The notes under the pieces: generated by a model
What the model saw: only the letters and a program-made list of their open reading frames with translations
The model's database searches: none
What the model was told of the DNA's origin: nothing
Position numbers and translations under genes: made by a program
Origin: Chrysomallon squamiferum
Taxonomy: Eukaryota; Animalia; Mollusca
Assembly: GCA_012295275.1 (NCBI GenBank)
Contig: CM022673.1
Coordinates: 18,476,001 to 18,540,000 of the forward strand
DNA: 64,000 nt
Reading direction: 5' to 3'
Shown here: in pieces, positions 46,990 through 59,480 of the stretch
Layout: each line of letters begins with the position of its first letter
Position numbering within the stretch: position 1 is the stretch's first letter

Positions 46990-49500
46990 TTTTATATATA
47001 TTTTCCTAATAAATTTTCCCATTCTCTTTGGCGAAAAATAATAACATTTGAGGGTTTCAAAGTATTTTCGCATTAAGTATTTAATAAATGTAATTATGTT
47101 CATTTTAAACCTCTCGTGTTGAAAACTATATATACAAAGTAACATGTTTCCGAAACTTTGAGAACAATTTTCAGTCTACATATGACAGCCAAAAAGTAGC
47201 AATATCTTTAAAACAATCCCAGGAAAAGTCTGTTTAAAAAAAAGAAATAATAATAAAAAATATATCATTTTTATTAGATATTTCACTGAAAATAAATATG
47301 AAATCATACAATTCATCACAATATAAAAGCAAGGAAAAGCCTGTTTTTAAAAGACGGCGTAAATACCTCACTGAAAAAATAAATACAATTAATCACAGTA
47401 TACAAACAAGGAAAAACCTGTTTAAAAAAACCACAAAAAAAAAACTTGAGTACATATTTCATTGAAAATAAACATGAAGTCATACAATTCATCACAATAT
47501 AAAACAAGGAAAAGACTGTTTAAAAAAAAAAGCGTTTTATCTCATTGAAAATAAATATGAGGTCATACAATTAATGACAGTGTGAGAAAAGGAACATACA
47601 TTCTACGTCTTGATGAAAAACAGGGCGCAGATTTGTTTTCACAATACTATATTTATATAATTTTACATATTTATATGTGTGTGTGTTGTGTGTGTGTGTG
47701 TGTGTATCGGGGATGTATGTCTGTTTGTGTGTGTGTGTGTGTATGCAAACATATATGTATGTATGTATGTGTATGCAGATGTATAGATAGATAGATAGAT
47801 AGACAAGCAGATAAATAGATAGACAAATAGAAAGATAGATAGATACACATAATTTAATCAGTATCTAACATTTCTGATTTTTATACATGCAATGTAATGT
47901 TTTCTAAAAGGTAATCTAAAGAATATAGAATGACTGGTCTTGCCAGAATGTTTCTCCTTTAGAAGTTTTGGCTTTTGAAAGGTTTTAACTTCTGTTTTAA
48001 ATGTGGTACAATTATTGATGAAGTGAATTTAATATCAATTTATAAAGATTTTAAATCTGTGAAAAAGGTAAGTCAGGAAATGTCTTATGAACTATTTTAG
48101 CTATTGCTGATATTTTAAGGAATCCTGAAATAAATCCATATGTAATATCAGTGACAGTAGTTATTGCACAATCAAGAAAAATTTCATAAGATAACATTTT
48201 ACTGTCAGGCCTGATAAAAGGATTGTGAAATAACGGTTGTGTTACTATTTGAGTAAAGTTTTCAGGGAAAATCCTTTCTCGACTGGAAACTATATCTCAT
48301 GCGGAAAATAATTCTGAATAAAAAGGATTATTTCATTGTAAAGCAGATTGAAAATAATGAATATGATAAATTCGAATTTACGTATTTTTACAGAATTCTG
48401 TCATTGTAAATTTCCACACTGATCTATATTCAGTATGAAAATACTTTTTTAAATAATTTAATTTGGAAAGCAATCTTTTAAAGTCGAACATCTTGAATAT
48501 TTAATCCTACTGATTTTTTCTTTCTAATCATAGTAGAATATTCTGTTAAAACTGGTTTTGGTTTCCACCATAAGTTTTCTGAATCAGGGGAGATAATATT
48601 AGATTCGCTTATACTTTAGCAATAATTTTATAATCAACATTTAGAAGACTTATTAGTCTCTAAGTTTTGAGGTACTTAAGTTTCCTTTCTTCTTGTTGAA
48701 TAGACTAATAATTTTTTTTTCATACCACATTTTTGATACACATAACAATTTCATGAAATATTTGTTTTAGGAGATCCAAGAATTGTAGATAAAATTCAAA
48801 CGTTAAACCGTCTAGACCAGGAGATTTATTTTTATTCATCTTTCTGTAATTCATCTACAGAGATATATACACATAAAATTCTTTGTCATCGTCATCACAG
48901 TTATGTCACAGTCGTTATTTAAGGCTGATTTTGCAATTTCTCTTTTATAAGCATTTTTTTTTTCATTATATTGTTCATTTTCTAATTTTCATTTTTTTTT
49001 TTTTTTTTTCATAGTGTATAATACTTAGTAAAGCCTTTCATTTTGTATTTCAGATTGTCCCACGAAACCAATGGTTCAGATAAAAATAGTGAACATTCTT
49101 TCGCTTCACCAGTAATTTGTTCTAAGCGTTGTGGAAATCTTCGTTATTTAGTAACTGATTATTGAAAATTAAAACACTTTGTCCTCTTTCTACTTCAGAA
49201 AAAAATCTAATTTTAGTGAAATCAAATTATGATCACTCAGAAGAAGATCGCCTACTTTATAATACATACGGTACGTAATGTTTAATTTCAGACTGGAAAG
49301 CATACACGTTGAAATTTATTATTAACTGACTCAAATAAACCATCCTGTTTTCTATTTCTATTCTCTTATGTAACGTACAAACGAATCTTTTTTCTTATTT
49401 GTCAAAACTGACATGAACACTTTTCATTTCTCACTTCTTTTTTCACATTCGACCAGGATAAATCATAATTAATTGATGATACATGTAATATAAATTATGA
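46990..49500 (-). mobile_element. Decayed Tx1-like LINE, copy 2, with a short internal tandem repeat at about 47270-47590
   Basis: Collinear similarity to 37500-38760 and 58930-61000 (e.g. CTCGACTGGAAA, AAAGCAATCTTT, CAGATTGTCCCAC...AACATTCTTTCGCTTCACCAG). Confidence 0.7.
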
Positions 49501-51261
49501 AATGTTTCTATATAAGTATCTGATATATAACTATTTCACTTAAAAAAATATTCCCTTTTTCAAAGTATAAATTTAAAGTGAAAAACGAAAGGATATTTTT
49601 GTTTATTTTTTTACTAATTTATTTATTTATTTTTTTATTTGGAAAGGTAAAATCATTAAAATAAGTAATTTAAGAAGTTTCATATGTATGTTTTAGTTAT
49701 CATTGTCGGTACTTATAATTCAGTTTCTAATTGAATTAAACTGAATCGTCGATGTTTTTATCTGATGTACGTAAACTACTGTGTAGCACATTTTTAAAAA
49801 CAAAAGTTGTTAGCGTCCAGTTAATATTTGAGAAACTCAAGCATTCTCTGAACTAAACATAGTTAATCAAAGAGGTAATTTTTTAAATAGAATACCCTTC
49901 ATCCATGACAGTATGAGGTTTTCACTGTGTATATCTAAAACGTTAATCATTATCACTAACTTATACATTTCATCTTCTCAACAGAGAGCTGTTTTCATAA
50001 CGAGAGTCTGTAGACTTGGTGCCTGAAATGAAAGTGTGGAGTAAAATATACATCTTCCATGAAGGTTACAAAAGGAACTGGAAGTTATAACTACTACATG
50101 CTTCTAAATGGATATTTCTGGAATTTTTTGCTTCTAAATTATTTTTTCTTTCTTTCTCTCTCTTTTTAAAAAAAAAATTTATTTTTAGCTTCTAAGATGA
50201 TTTTAACAAATAAAGAAAGTCAATGACAGTTATTTTCTTTTTTAAAGTTTGTTGTACATTTGTGTTCTCGGTATGAAATAGTTAAAAAGAAAATCATGCA
50301 CATTTTTGGGTGCCAACTATTAATTTTAAAAAGAAAAAATTCGTTTCCCTGATTGTTTTAAGTATCTTATTTTGCTTATATCTAAATAAATGAAAATGTC
50401 ACTTATATTTTTTAGTGAAACTGTATCACACACGGGTTAAAATATGAGCATAACAATTGTTTTTATTTACAGTATCTAATCTGATTATAAATCGAACCTC
50501 AGGATGGGATTGATTGGTCCGGTCCAAAAAGCAATCAAACTCACGGGTTTCCCATGATCCCATTCATGACCCACAATTGTTTGTGATGAAGACAGACTGT
50601 ATAATCAACCTATTAATAAATCAAAACAAAGAAGGATATTAAAAAAAAAAAAAAAAAAAAATTGAAAAAAAACACTTTCCCTTTTAATTTCTGTAAACCT
50701 GGCGTCAGTCATTCTTATTTTCACAAATATTTTCGTAATTCACCTTACCAAAAGTTAAGTATGATTCACATCGACAGTGGACAAAACTATTAACATGAGC
50801 AGGGTGCTAAGCTTCTTACTCTCGTGTAAAATGAGTGTATAGCAAACTCATTATTGTGTTGATTCACATTTTCTGATGACTTTACTGACTATAAGGTCGG
50901 AAGTGTTTATAATAATTTCCAGCATCTCCATTGCATCATCACAGACAAATATATTTTACAATATGTTCTACTGCAATCAGATATTTTTTAGAAAAGTTAA
51001 ATATTACCAGTTTCCTCTTAGTATGTCAAAATTCGGTGGTGCAATTATATGTTTCAAATTCTAGGATTATAGCCTCAAAAATTATATTTTATTTTTACAT
51101 TAGCTGTCTGTTTTCTTCATTCAAAATTCGACGGTTCAAAATTAAGAAAATAAAAACAGAATGCCATAGGTAATCAATGAAAAGATTATATTTATTAATT
51201 ATTTATTAGTATTCTTGTTGTAGAACTGTGTTGCAAATTTTGAATTCGTATTTCGTTTCTT

Positions 51262-51410
51262 CTAGAAAATACGGCCATTGCAGCACATGTCGAATGTTGC
51301 ACCATAACCTCGTTTTCCACAACATGCAGGACGTATTCCACTTTTGTATACAACGTTTCCACCGCAGCGCATGTCGAACGTTGGATTGTAGCTTGTGTAG
51401 CCGCATACAG
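51262..51410 (-). pseudogene. Galaxin-like CC-repeat terminal exon, copy 2 (two Cys lost)
   Basis: (A)VCGYTSYNPTFDMRCGGNVVYKSGIRPACCGKRGYGATFDMCCNGRIF*; upstream exon remnant about 52273-52350 has stops and no ATG. Confidence 0.7.
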
Positions 51411-51519
51411 CTGTATTTCAAAATTAACATAATGACATTTACATATTTTCGTTACTATCATCTGTTGTCTCTCTGTCAGTCAGTCTGTCTTTATGTCCAC
51501 CACTATATATATATATATA

Positions 51520-52162
51520 TAGCGGTACGTTGACTTACGAGTGCCCAACTTACAGTTTTACGATACGCAACGAACAATATAGAATCCGACCAGCGTCCCG
51601 CGTCTGCCTGGTTTACTTCTCGGGGTTACCTCGTCGCGAAAGCCTCTCTGTTGGGTTGTGCTCGCGTTTTGCGCAGTATTTTGCCAAATTTCTGATCATG
51701 GAGCCTCAGAAAGTGAGTACAATGGAGAGTGCTGAGAAGAAGAAGCGGATGATGTTCTTTGAATTAAAGTATGAAATCAATGAAAAACATCCACGAAGTG
51801 TGCACGTAGTCGACTTGGCTAGGCAGTACGAGCATAGTACTTCTACGTTATGTACCATACTAAAACAGAAGGAATCGTTAAATTAATTTGTCTGATCTCC
51901 AAGATAAATACACTGTACAAAACCAATTTGTTTCTTTACATTCTCTTTTATTTAGTTTTTTATACAATATTTGTCATTCATAAATACATTTTTCTTATTT
52001 AAAAACACGTTACAAAAAATTGGGATGGTTGTTTTTGAGGGGCTGGAACGGATTAATGTATTTCAATTAATTTTAGTTGGGAAAATTGATTTGATATACC
52101 AGCAAATTGAGTTACGAGATCGGTCACGAATCGAATTAAACTCGTAAGTCAAAGTACCACTG
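51520..52162 (+). mobile_element. Internally deleted Tigger/pogo (Tc1-mariner superfamily) element
   Basis: TIRs TAGCGGTACGTTGACTTACGAG (51520) / CTCGTAAGTCAAAGTACCACTG (52141); inserted at (TA)n; ORF remnant MEPQKV...KKKRMM..ELKYEI.EK...V.V.DLARQY....ST.CTILKQKE is a CENP-B/psq-type HTH. Confidence 0.9.
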
Positions 52163-52168
52163 TGGTCT

Positions 52169-52211
<43 letters not shown>

Positions 52212-52823
52212 CATACATACATACATACATACATACACACATACACACATTATCTATCGATCTATATTTTTACCCTATTCCTCTGTTTATACGTGTCTAT
52301 ACAAATCACTAATATAAGACAATCACCTGGAAGTGTTCTAAATGTATGTTGACTGTTTATTTGTGTAATCAGAGCTGTACTTTATAAGAAAATACCTTTT
52401 GAAGATATAAACGCCGATGCGCCCGTGGCTGAACGCATATAATTATTAATACAGCGACACAAAAAACCAACACAGAAATATTCATCATTTTTTTCTTTTT
52501 ATGATCTGTAGAAAAAAAAAAATCACAATATTTATAACATTAATAAAGCAATTCAAGATTAAATCTTGATAAATCTTCAAATGTCCTTTATATATTGATC
52601 TGGGTTCCAAAATTTAACACTTTGATAACACATCTGAGTATGATTGCCAATGGAAATTTGTCAGTACTCGAATAAGCGGAAAGATTCTGCATCCCTCCAA
52701 GGGATGAACAACATCAGCTGAAAGGTGACATAAATGTGTAGGCGCATCTACACATTGTTAAATATATCCACCTATTTAGTTTGATTAACTGATACATATC
52801 TATCGAGTGAGAAGTGTAGACAC

Positions 52824-52855
<32 letters not shown>

Positions 52856-52923
52856 TCAGGCTGAATATATTTATTATATAAGGTTTTGGGTCAGTTTAAA
52901 CCTATTAAAAGAGTAATTGTTCA

Positions 52924-55399
52924 TGTATGAAGCTAACTAATGGTCTAGCGTGTGTAATTTGTTTATTCACTTTTGTTACACTGTGCCTGCCACCATGCCG
53001 GTCGGGCCGGTATCCACACTGCGCATGTCTGGCGTGAACCTGTCAGTACTGTAGTTCTTACAATTAATGCACGTCACGTCTCCACCTTTTAGAAAATAAT
53101 ATTTAAAAAGAACCTGCTAGCTACTCTTAATTAGTATTATGTATATCCTTCATGAATTTATTACAAGGATGAACATGAACTTATGATAATGAAGCCTACA
53201 AAAAAAGTAAAACAAAAATAACATTGAAACACTGTCTCTCATCATGAATGCTGATTATCTTGTAATAGCGACGTGGGCTGTATGACCTGGATCGAGAACG
53301 TAGTCGGGATCTCCTGCTATAGTACGGAGATGGGGATCTTCATCGTAACTGTAGTGAGCTGGAGACGGGGATCGGTAAAACGCTTTGACGAAATTGGTTT
53401 TCCTAGGTAGATGCCAGGAGTAAGGATGAACGTTTTTTCAGTGATTGAATAATCAACTCTAATTCTTTTGCAATCTATCTCCAAAGCATTACATCTGTAT
53501 TTGGCCTCTATAACATCATCAACATTCCTGAAGTAAACAAATGCAAATCCACTAGAACGACCACTCTCTCTATTATATACAATATTACACCCATCAATGG
53601 ACCCATATCTGGAAAACACATCTTTTAGTTCTCTGTCTTGAGTATGATTCTCAAACCAATAATTTCAAGCATCGTGTTGGCTCGTAAGGATCCCTGTTCA
53701 CAATATGTCGTCATCTGCTGGACATGGATGATCGACTATAGCTGTGTCTATGACTGCGATAACGTCTTCGCCTGTATGGATTTCGTTTGATTGTTTTGTT
53801 TAAAACTCGAGGATCTTGGCATAAGCGAACTGATCCATTTTGGCTTTGACGTTACCACTGTTTAGTTTACCTATGGAGTGTGTACTCCTTTCGAACTTCT
53901 TGTAGGATTAATGGTTCCTGCAGTTTGTTCAGCTCATCTTTGTAGGCTGACTGCACATGCACGGGTACTTGCCTAGGTGGATGCTGTACAGGTGGAACAG
54001 CTGGGTCTGTCTCTATGCCAAAACGACCAATCCCCGATAATACTCACTGTACTCTTTAAGCAAGTATTCTTTGGTTGATGGAAAACCGTGTTATTTTCCT
54101 CGAATGTCAAACAGCTTTATTAACCCAGTATGTTTGTTACTTTCAGTTTTGGTAACTGAAGTTGTAATCGGCCAGTTTAATTTCACCAAGTTCAGGTTCT
54201 GAAGTGTAATATTGTGAATGACTGCAGGACCATTTGCATTCACGACTTCCATTTGGATTGCTTTGGGACGGTTGTTGTTTGAAGTTTGGATGCATACCTG
54301 GCATGACCCCAAACTGGGAATCTCGATGCCCCCATAAGCGGACAGTTTGGCTGTGGGTTTATTCAACTGATATTGGAAACACTGCTTTTGACATAATGTT
54401 GTTGTTTTTTTGTTGTTGTTTTTCTGCTCCAGAGTCAATCTTACATTGAACCTGTGTCTCTTTACCATGTGGCTGTGCTGACATCTGCACATCAAGTGTT
54501 GCTTTTTCTTTGCATGATATCATGTTAATGGTACCATTCATTGGTGTTGCTTCGACTAAACCTAGAACACGTGGTAATTTTTTGACTGTGCACTTTCATT
54601 TTCTTCAGTTTTGATGCCATGAAGCTGCTTTCTCTTACTAGAGAGATAACCTTTTGCTAAATGTCCTAATTTTTGTCAAATGTAGCATTTTGCATTTCTG
54701 GCTGGGCATTGTTCCATTCGGTGTATGCCTGGAAGGGTTAGACTATGTATATTTCTGACTGGCCCCATGACTGAGATGGAATGTCTTTTTGTACCTGTTT
54801 CTGTTGAACTTGTGTTCTTTTTAACTATGTATATGTCTTCTCTTTGGAACTTGTTTATTTGTTGTAGTTGTTTATTTGCAGATTCTTCTGCTTTTGCAAC
54901 GGTCAAGGCTTTTTCAAATGTTAATATCTTCCCTTCTTTAAAGCAGTCTTTTCTGATTCGATCAGAGTTTATGCCAACTACAAAGAAGTCTCTGGGGAAG
55001 TCTATCGTGTAACTTGGCCACAAATTCTTCTATGCATAAATTTTCTTGAGGCTATTAACTCATTTGACACAGGTTCTGTGAAAATTTCGAAACCTAGTTT
55101 GCTAGTAATTTCTCATCTTCCTTGGACATTCCACTAATATTGAAAAGTTCTAGACCTTCTTCACCTGCCTAGTAAAGGAGGTATTTACATTTAATGGCTT
55201 CGTCCATCACTTACAACATTGGCGATCTCTTACAGACCCATTTCTGTTACCTTGTATGAAGCTAACTAATTGTGTAGCGTGTGTAATTTGTTCATTCACT
55301 TTTGTTATATGTGCCTGCGACCATACCGGGTTGGGCCGGTAGTCTACACTGCTTATGTCTGGCGCGAACCTGTAGTTCTTACAATTAATGCACTTCACA
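52924..55399 (-). mobile_element. Non-autonomous Gypsy-type LTR element (gag, protease, start of RT) carrying a captured host mRNA
   Basis: LTRs 52924-53078 and 55253-55399; PBS-like AGGTAACAGAAATGGG; PPT AAAAGGTGGAGA; TSD GTTCA/GTTAA; gag knuckle CPARNAKC; protease CKIDSGAE. Confidence 0.88.
53262..53790 (-). pseudogene. tra2: Processed (intronless) transformer-2 retrocopy
   Basis: RS stretch HSYSRSSMSSR, RRM with RSSGFAFVYF and RIRVDYSITEK..TPGIYLGKP, C-terminal RSRSRSYSPRRY; frameshifts and stops present. Confidence 0.9.
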
Positions 55400-57168
55400 G
55401 TTAACAGGAGAATGAAAATAATTATGTTAATATACGTTTTAAGCTATGTTATGTATTAAACAATGTGCTGTTAGTGACACAGATTACACTGGAAACTTAC
55501 CGCACCAAAGCAAGTGAGTAAGTATTTTACCAAATTCCGCTGCCAAACTTTTACAGTAAATCCAAAATACACAGATCACCTCCCGTGACCTCCGTGAACA
55601 TGAAAGGGAACCGCATGTTATGCAAGCTCCAACTTGTCTCGTCGTTTGTTTCTCTTCAGACCCTCGCTTTCCTCTGTGGCTCGCGAATAATTATTATATT
55701 CCTGCGGGTGTCAGTGAAAACCGCAGAATCAGAGTCAATCTAGCAAGAGCAACTTCACAACCTAATCTAATTATTCACTTACATCAGCATATAAATGCCG
55801 TTTATTTACTTGCATAATTATTAATTTATGTCGATTATTTTTATAATTTGAAAGGTGTATTTATTTATTTATTTATTTATTTTACTTTTCTATTTATTGG
55901 TTATCTTTTCAGCTTAGAAAGATAAGTGATTAATAATTACTTTTTTCACTTAGAATAAAGAAAAAGAAACAAAGAAAGAACAGTATATATATAAATTCTG
56001 CGGAACAAGCATAATGTGTAAATAATTTTAAAACATTTTTAGAAAATAAATTTACATGTATAACATAATATGTTATGGTTAAAATATGCTGCTCGTTTGT
56101 TCTGTGACATCGCGATACAAATCCAGTAACACGAAATGTATAATAGTATTTACACTATCGTTGATGTTAACTAGTGTGTGCATACTAAAGTGTTATTGCT
56201 ACAGCTGTTGTTTCATCCTCACATGCGATAGACCACGGCCTAAGTGTAAATAAAGTTTAGGTCAGTCAGCTGTTATAACGACTATAACGGTAACTTGTCT
56301 TAGTACATTTTAATATTTCAGATAATTTTAAAACAAAATAGATCAATACACATTAAAATTATTTTTTCAACAGATTTCGAGCTTCTTTTAGTTTTCTGAT
56401 ATATGATGCTAGTCCTGATAAGATTCATCAGTATTTTCAAAAGTTTGAATTGATTTAACTTGTCATGTATCGTTCCTACATTCGCTCAAGTAGTTGATTA
56501 TCCGAAGTTCTAACTTAAGTTTGATTTAACTTCGAGTTTCAAATAATGGCACATCTTGCAGTTTCATATGTACCGTTAGAGCCAAATATTTAGTAGGATT
56601 TTTTCAAGACCAGAACAACAACTAAGTTAAGAGAAATATATTGTATTTATTAAAGGAACGTATTAACTCGTTTTCCTGCCATGTTTCAGTGACTGCTACT
56701 AATTACCTAGACATGATATTTTTTATTATTCAGTGTTGATTTCATTTGCCTTATAACGTCGTGGAATATGTAAGTTGTTTGCCGCTACTTTTTTCTTTCA
56801 CTTTAAATTCTAAAAACAAAATACTTTCACTTTGACCTCTGGCATTAAGCGTTATCATTCATACTAATTATTATATATCGCAAATGAATTATTAAAAAAG
56901 CAACTCTCTTTCATAGTTAAGCGAAATTTTATAAACAGAATACTTTCCACCCGTCATTCAACGCCATGCACACTGTACACGTAAAACTTTAGTCACTAAT
57001 CGGGAGCGTAGCCACGATTAAAGTTAAGGGGAGCGAAAGCAATAAAGAATGCGCCATGACAGGTAATACATTTATTTTAAACTCATTATATAATAAAATT
57101 AAAACTCATTTAAAAAGATAGAAGACGAATAACAACATAACAGAAAACATCGCTGTTTTTATTTTTTA

Positions 57169-57202
<34 letters not shown>

Positions 57203-57699
57203 TTTTTATTTTTTTTTAATCATAAAATGAAAACAAAACAAAGCAATGTGTAAAATGTATGATGCAACAAAAGTGGTCTTTAGTCTAGGCTTCATTCCAG
57301 CATTATTTATTACTTTATTGTAGAGCAAAAATAAGCCAGTCTGCACTTGTTTTTAATAATAAATTAAAATATATAAGAAATAAGATTCCAGTTTTAGCGC
57401 TCGATTTCATGGTGTGAAACGTGTGAAATATTAACAGTTGAGAATAATGCACAGAGCTAAATTTATTTTGAAATCACAATGTCGAATAATGTAGGGAATT
57501 ACGTTTCCTTTACTTACCCTGTTGGACAACGGATTCAGTTTGATTTGTAGTGATTGTACAGTGGTTCCAATGACAATGCAGAAAAAGTAAAAATTTATTT
57601 AAAAGATATTTCTGTAATAAAACACAGTGCACACACACACACCATGATCAGTCACGTGGCCAGTGTAAATTCCTCAGTCATAATATTTTTTAAATGTAT

Positions 57700-58890
57700 T
57701 AATAAATAACATAACGTGTGTATGAGTTTGCTAGTTTCCAGACCGACATTTTCATCCTCTCAAATGATTTAGTGTTTAGCGCGTCGATTGGCGACTTGAA
57801 AAAGTCTTTATATCAGCCGGCGACATAATTGATTATATAAGTGGTCATGTAGATGATATAATTAAAGCTTGTTCACTGAAAGGATCAGACAGATATGACG
57901 TAATTCTGGATGATACTGTTAATGCCAGAAAGGTTACCGAAAAATGAAGAATTCGAATTGAAAGGAATAAAGATGAAAGCTAGAGTTTTACATTCTGTAA
58001 CTACAGTTGTATCATTCTTACGTTTGCCAGCCTACATAGACGGTAAAATCATAAAAGAAAAACTAAAATTTAAATTTTAACACCCAGTTATAGACGACTT
58101 CATAAAGGAACCCAAAATTCTGATGGAAGAAGATATAAATTTCCATCAGAAGTAAAAGGTTTTCCATACTCCATGAAGTTTAGGACAGTAGAAGCGGCAT
58201 AATATGTTTTAGACGATAATCAACTGAAAGTATGTTATAATTGTATGGCTGATAGTGACACATTCAAGGATTGCCCAAACACTGTGATGAAAAATGCCCT
58301 TAAACTTTTCTGTGGGATAAAAGAAGATGAATGTGAATGTTTTTCAGAGTACGACAGCGTGCCCAGACAAACAGCGACAGGGATAGTGACATTACGGATT
58401 GTGATACGGTAAACGAAAAGACAAAGACGAAAAAAGAAAGTGAAGCAAAAAGCATCCACCAGATAAATGAAAAAATAATTAAGGAAAAACAAAAATCGCA
58501 AACTGAAGTGAAAACAGAAGAAAAGAAAACGATGAAAACACAACAGTGAACCTTCGAAACAGGAAACAGTCAGCTGACAAAAGCAGCACGTCGATCTAGA
58601 TTAATCAAGCGAGGTCCATAAGAAGAGAAAATTTGGAGCTTTGCAGAAAACAGAAAACAAAAGAAGAGACGTGCAGCAAAGTGTGAGAGAAAGTATTAAT
58701 GAAGAATGAAGCTATGAATGAGTATGATGAGAAGATTATCAGTATGCTGTAGAATGGATAATAATTTTATAACTTTTCTGATTATAATTATGATTTTCAC
58801 AGTAAATGTAAATGGACTAAGAGATAAATTTAATGCAAAATATCCTTATTGAATTTCGATTACCTTGTCTATTACTATCGTTCTTCAAGA
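57700..58890 (+). mobile_element. 5' fragment of a Tx1-like LINE (ORF1 zinc knuckle + start of APE endonuclease)
   Basis: Remnants KGFPYSMKF, NQLKVCYNC....TFKDCP, Lys/Glu-rich tail, then MIFTVNVNGLRDK at about 58790. Confidence 0.7.
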
Positions 58891-58929
58891 GAATATTTGT
58901 ATTTTAAATGATTATTTCTTAAACTGATA

Positions 58930-59412
58930 AAAATATTGTTTTCTATATATTTGTTAATACATTTTCCCAATTCTGTGAACAATAATAATATTTAAGAGTT
59001 TCAAAGTATTTTTGCCTGAAATATTTAAAAAAATTAATTATGTTGATTTTTTAATCCTTTCAATTCTGCTATTACTGTCTTCTTGAAAACCGTTACTCTG
59101 TATATAGAAACTAATATGTTTTAGAAATTTTGAGAACAATTTTCAGTCTGGACGTGACAGCCCGAAAGTAGCAATCTCATTAGAAAGAAATCAAGGAAAA
59201 GCCATTTTAGAAAATAATAATAATAACAAATAAAAACTTTTAAACTATATTATTTTTATTATATATTTCACTGAAAATAAAGAAAAGGTAATACAATTTA
59301 TCACAGTATGAAAACAAATGCAACATATCTTCTACATCTTGATGACAAACAGGACGCAAATTTGTACTGACATATTTATACAGTTTTTCATATATGTGTA
59401 ACTGTGTCCGTT

Positions 59413-59480
<68 letters not shown>

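Noticed and set aside
53317-53619. Functional tra2 gene
   Set aside because: Frameshifts and stops flank the RRM, conserved residues are altered, it has no introns, and it sits inside an LTR element.
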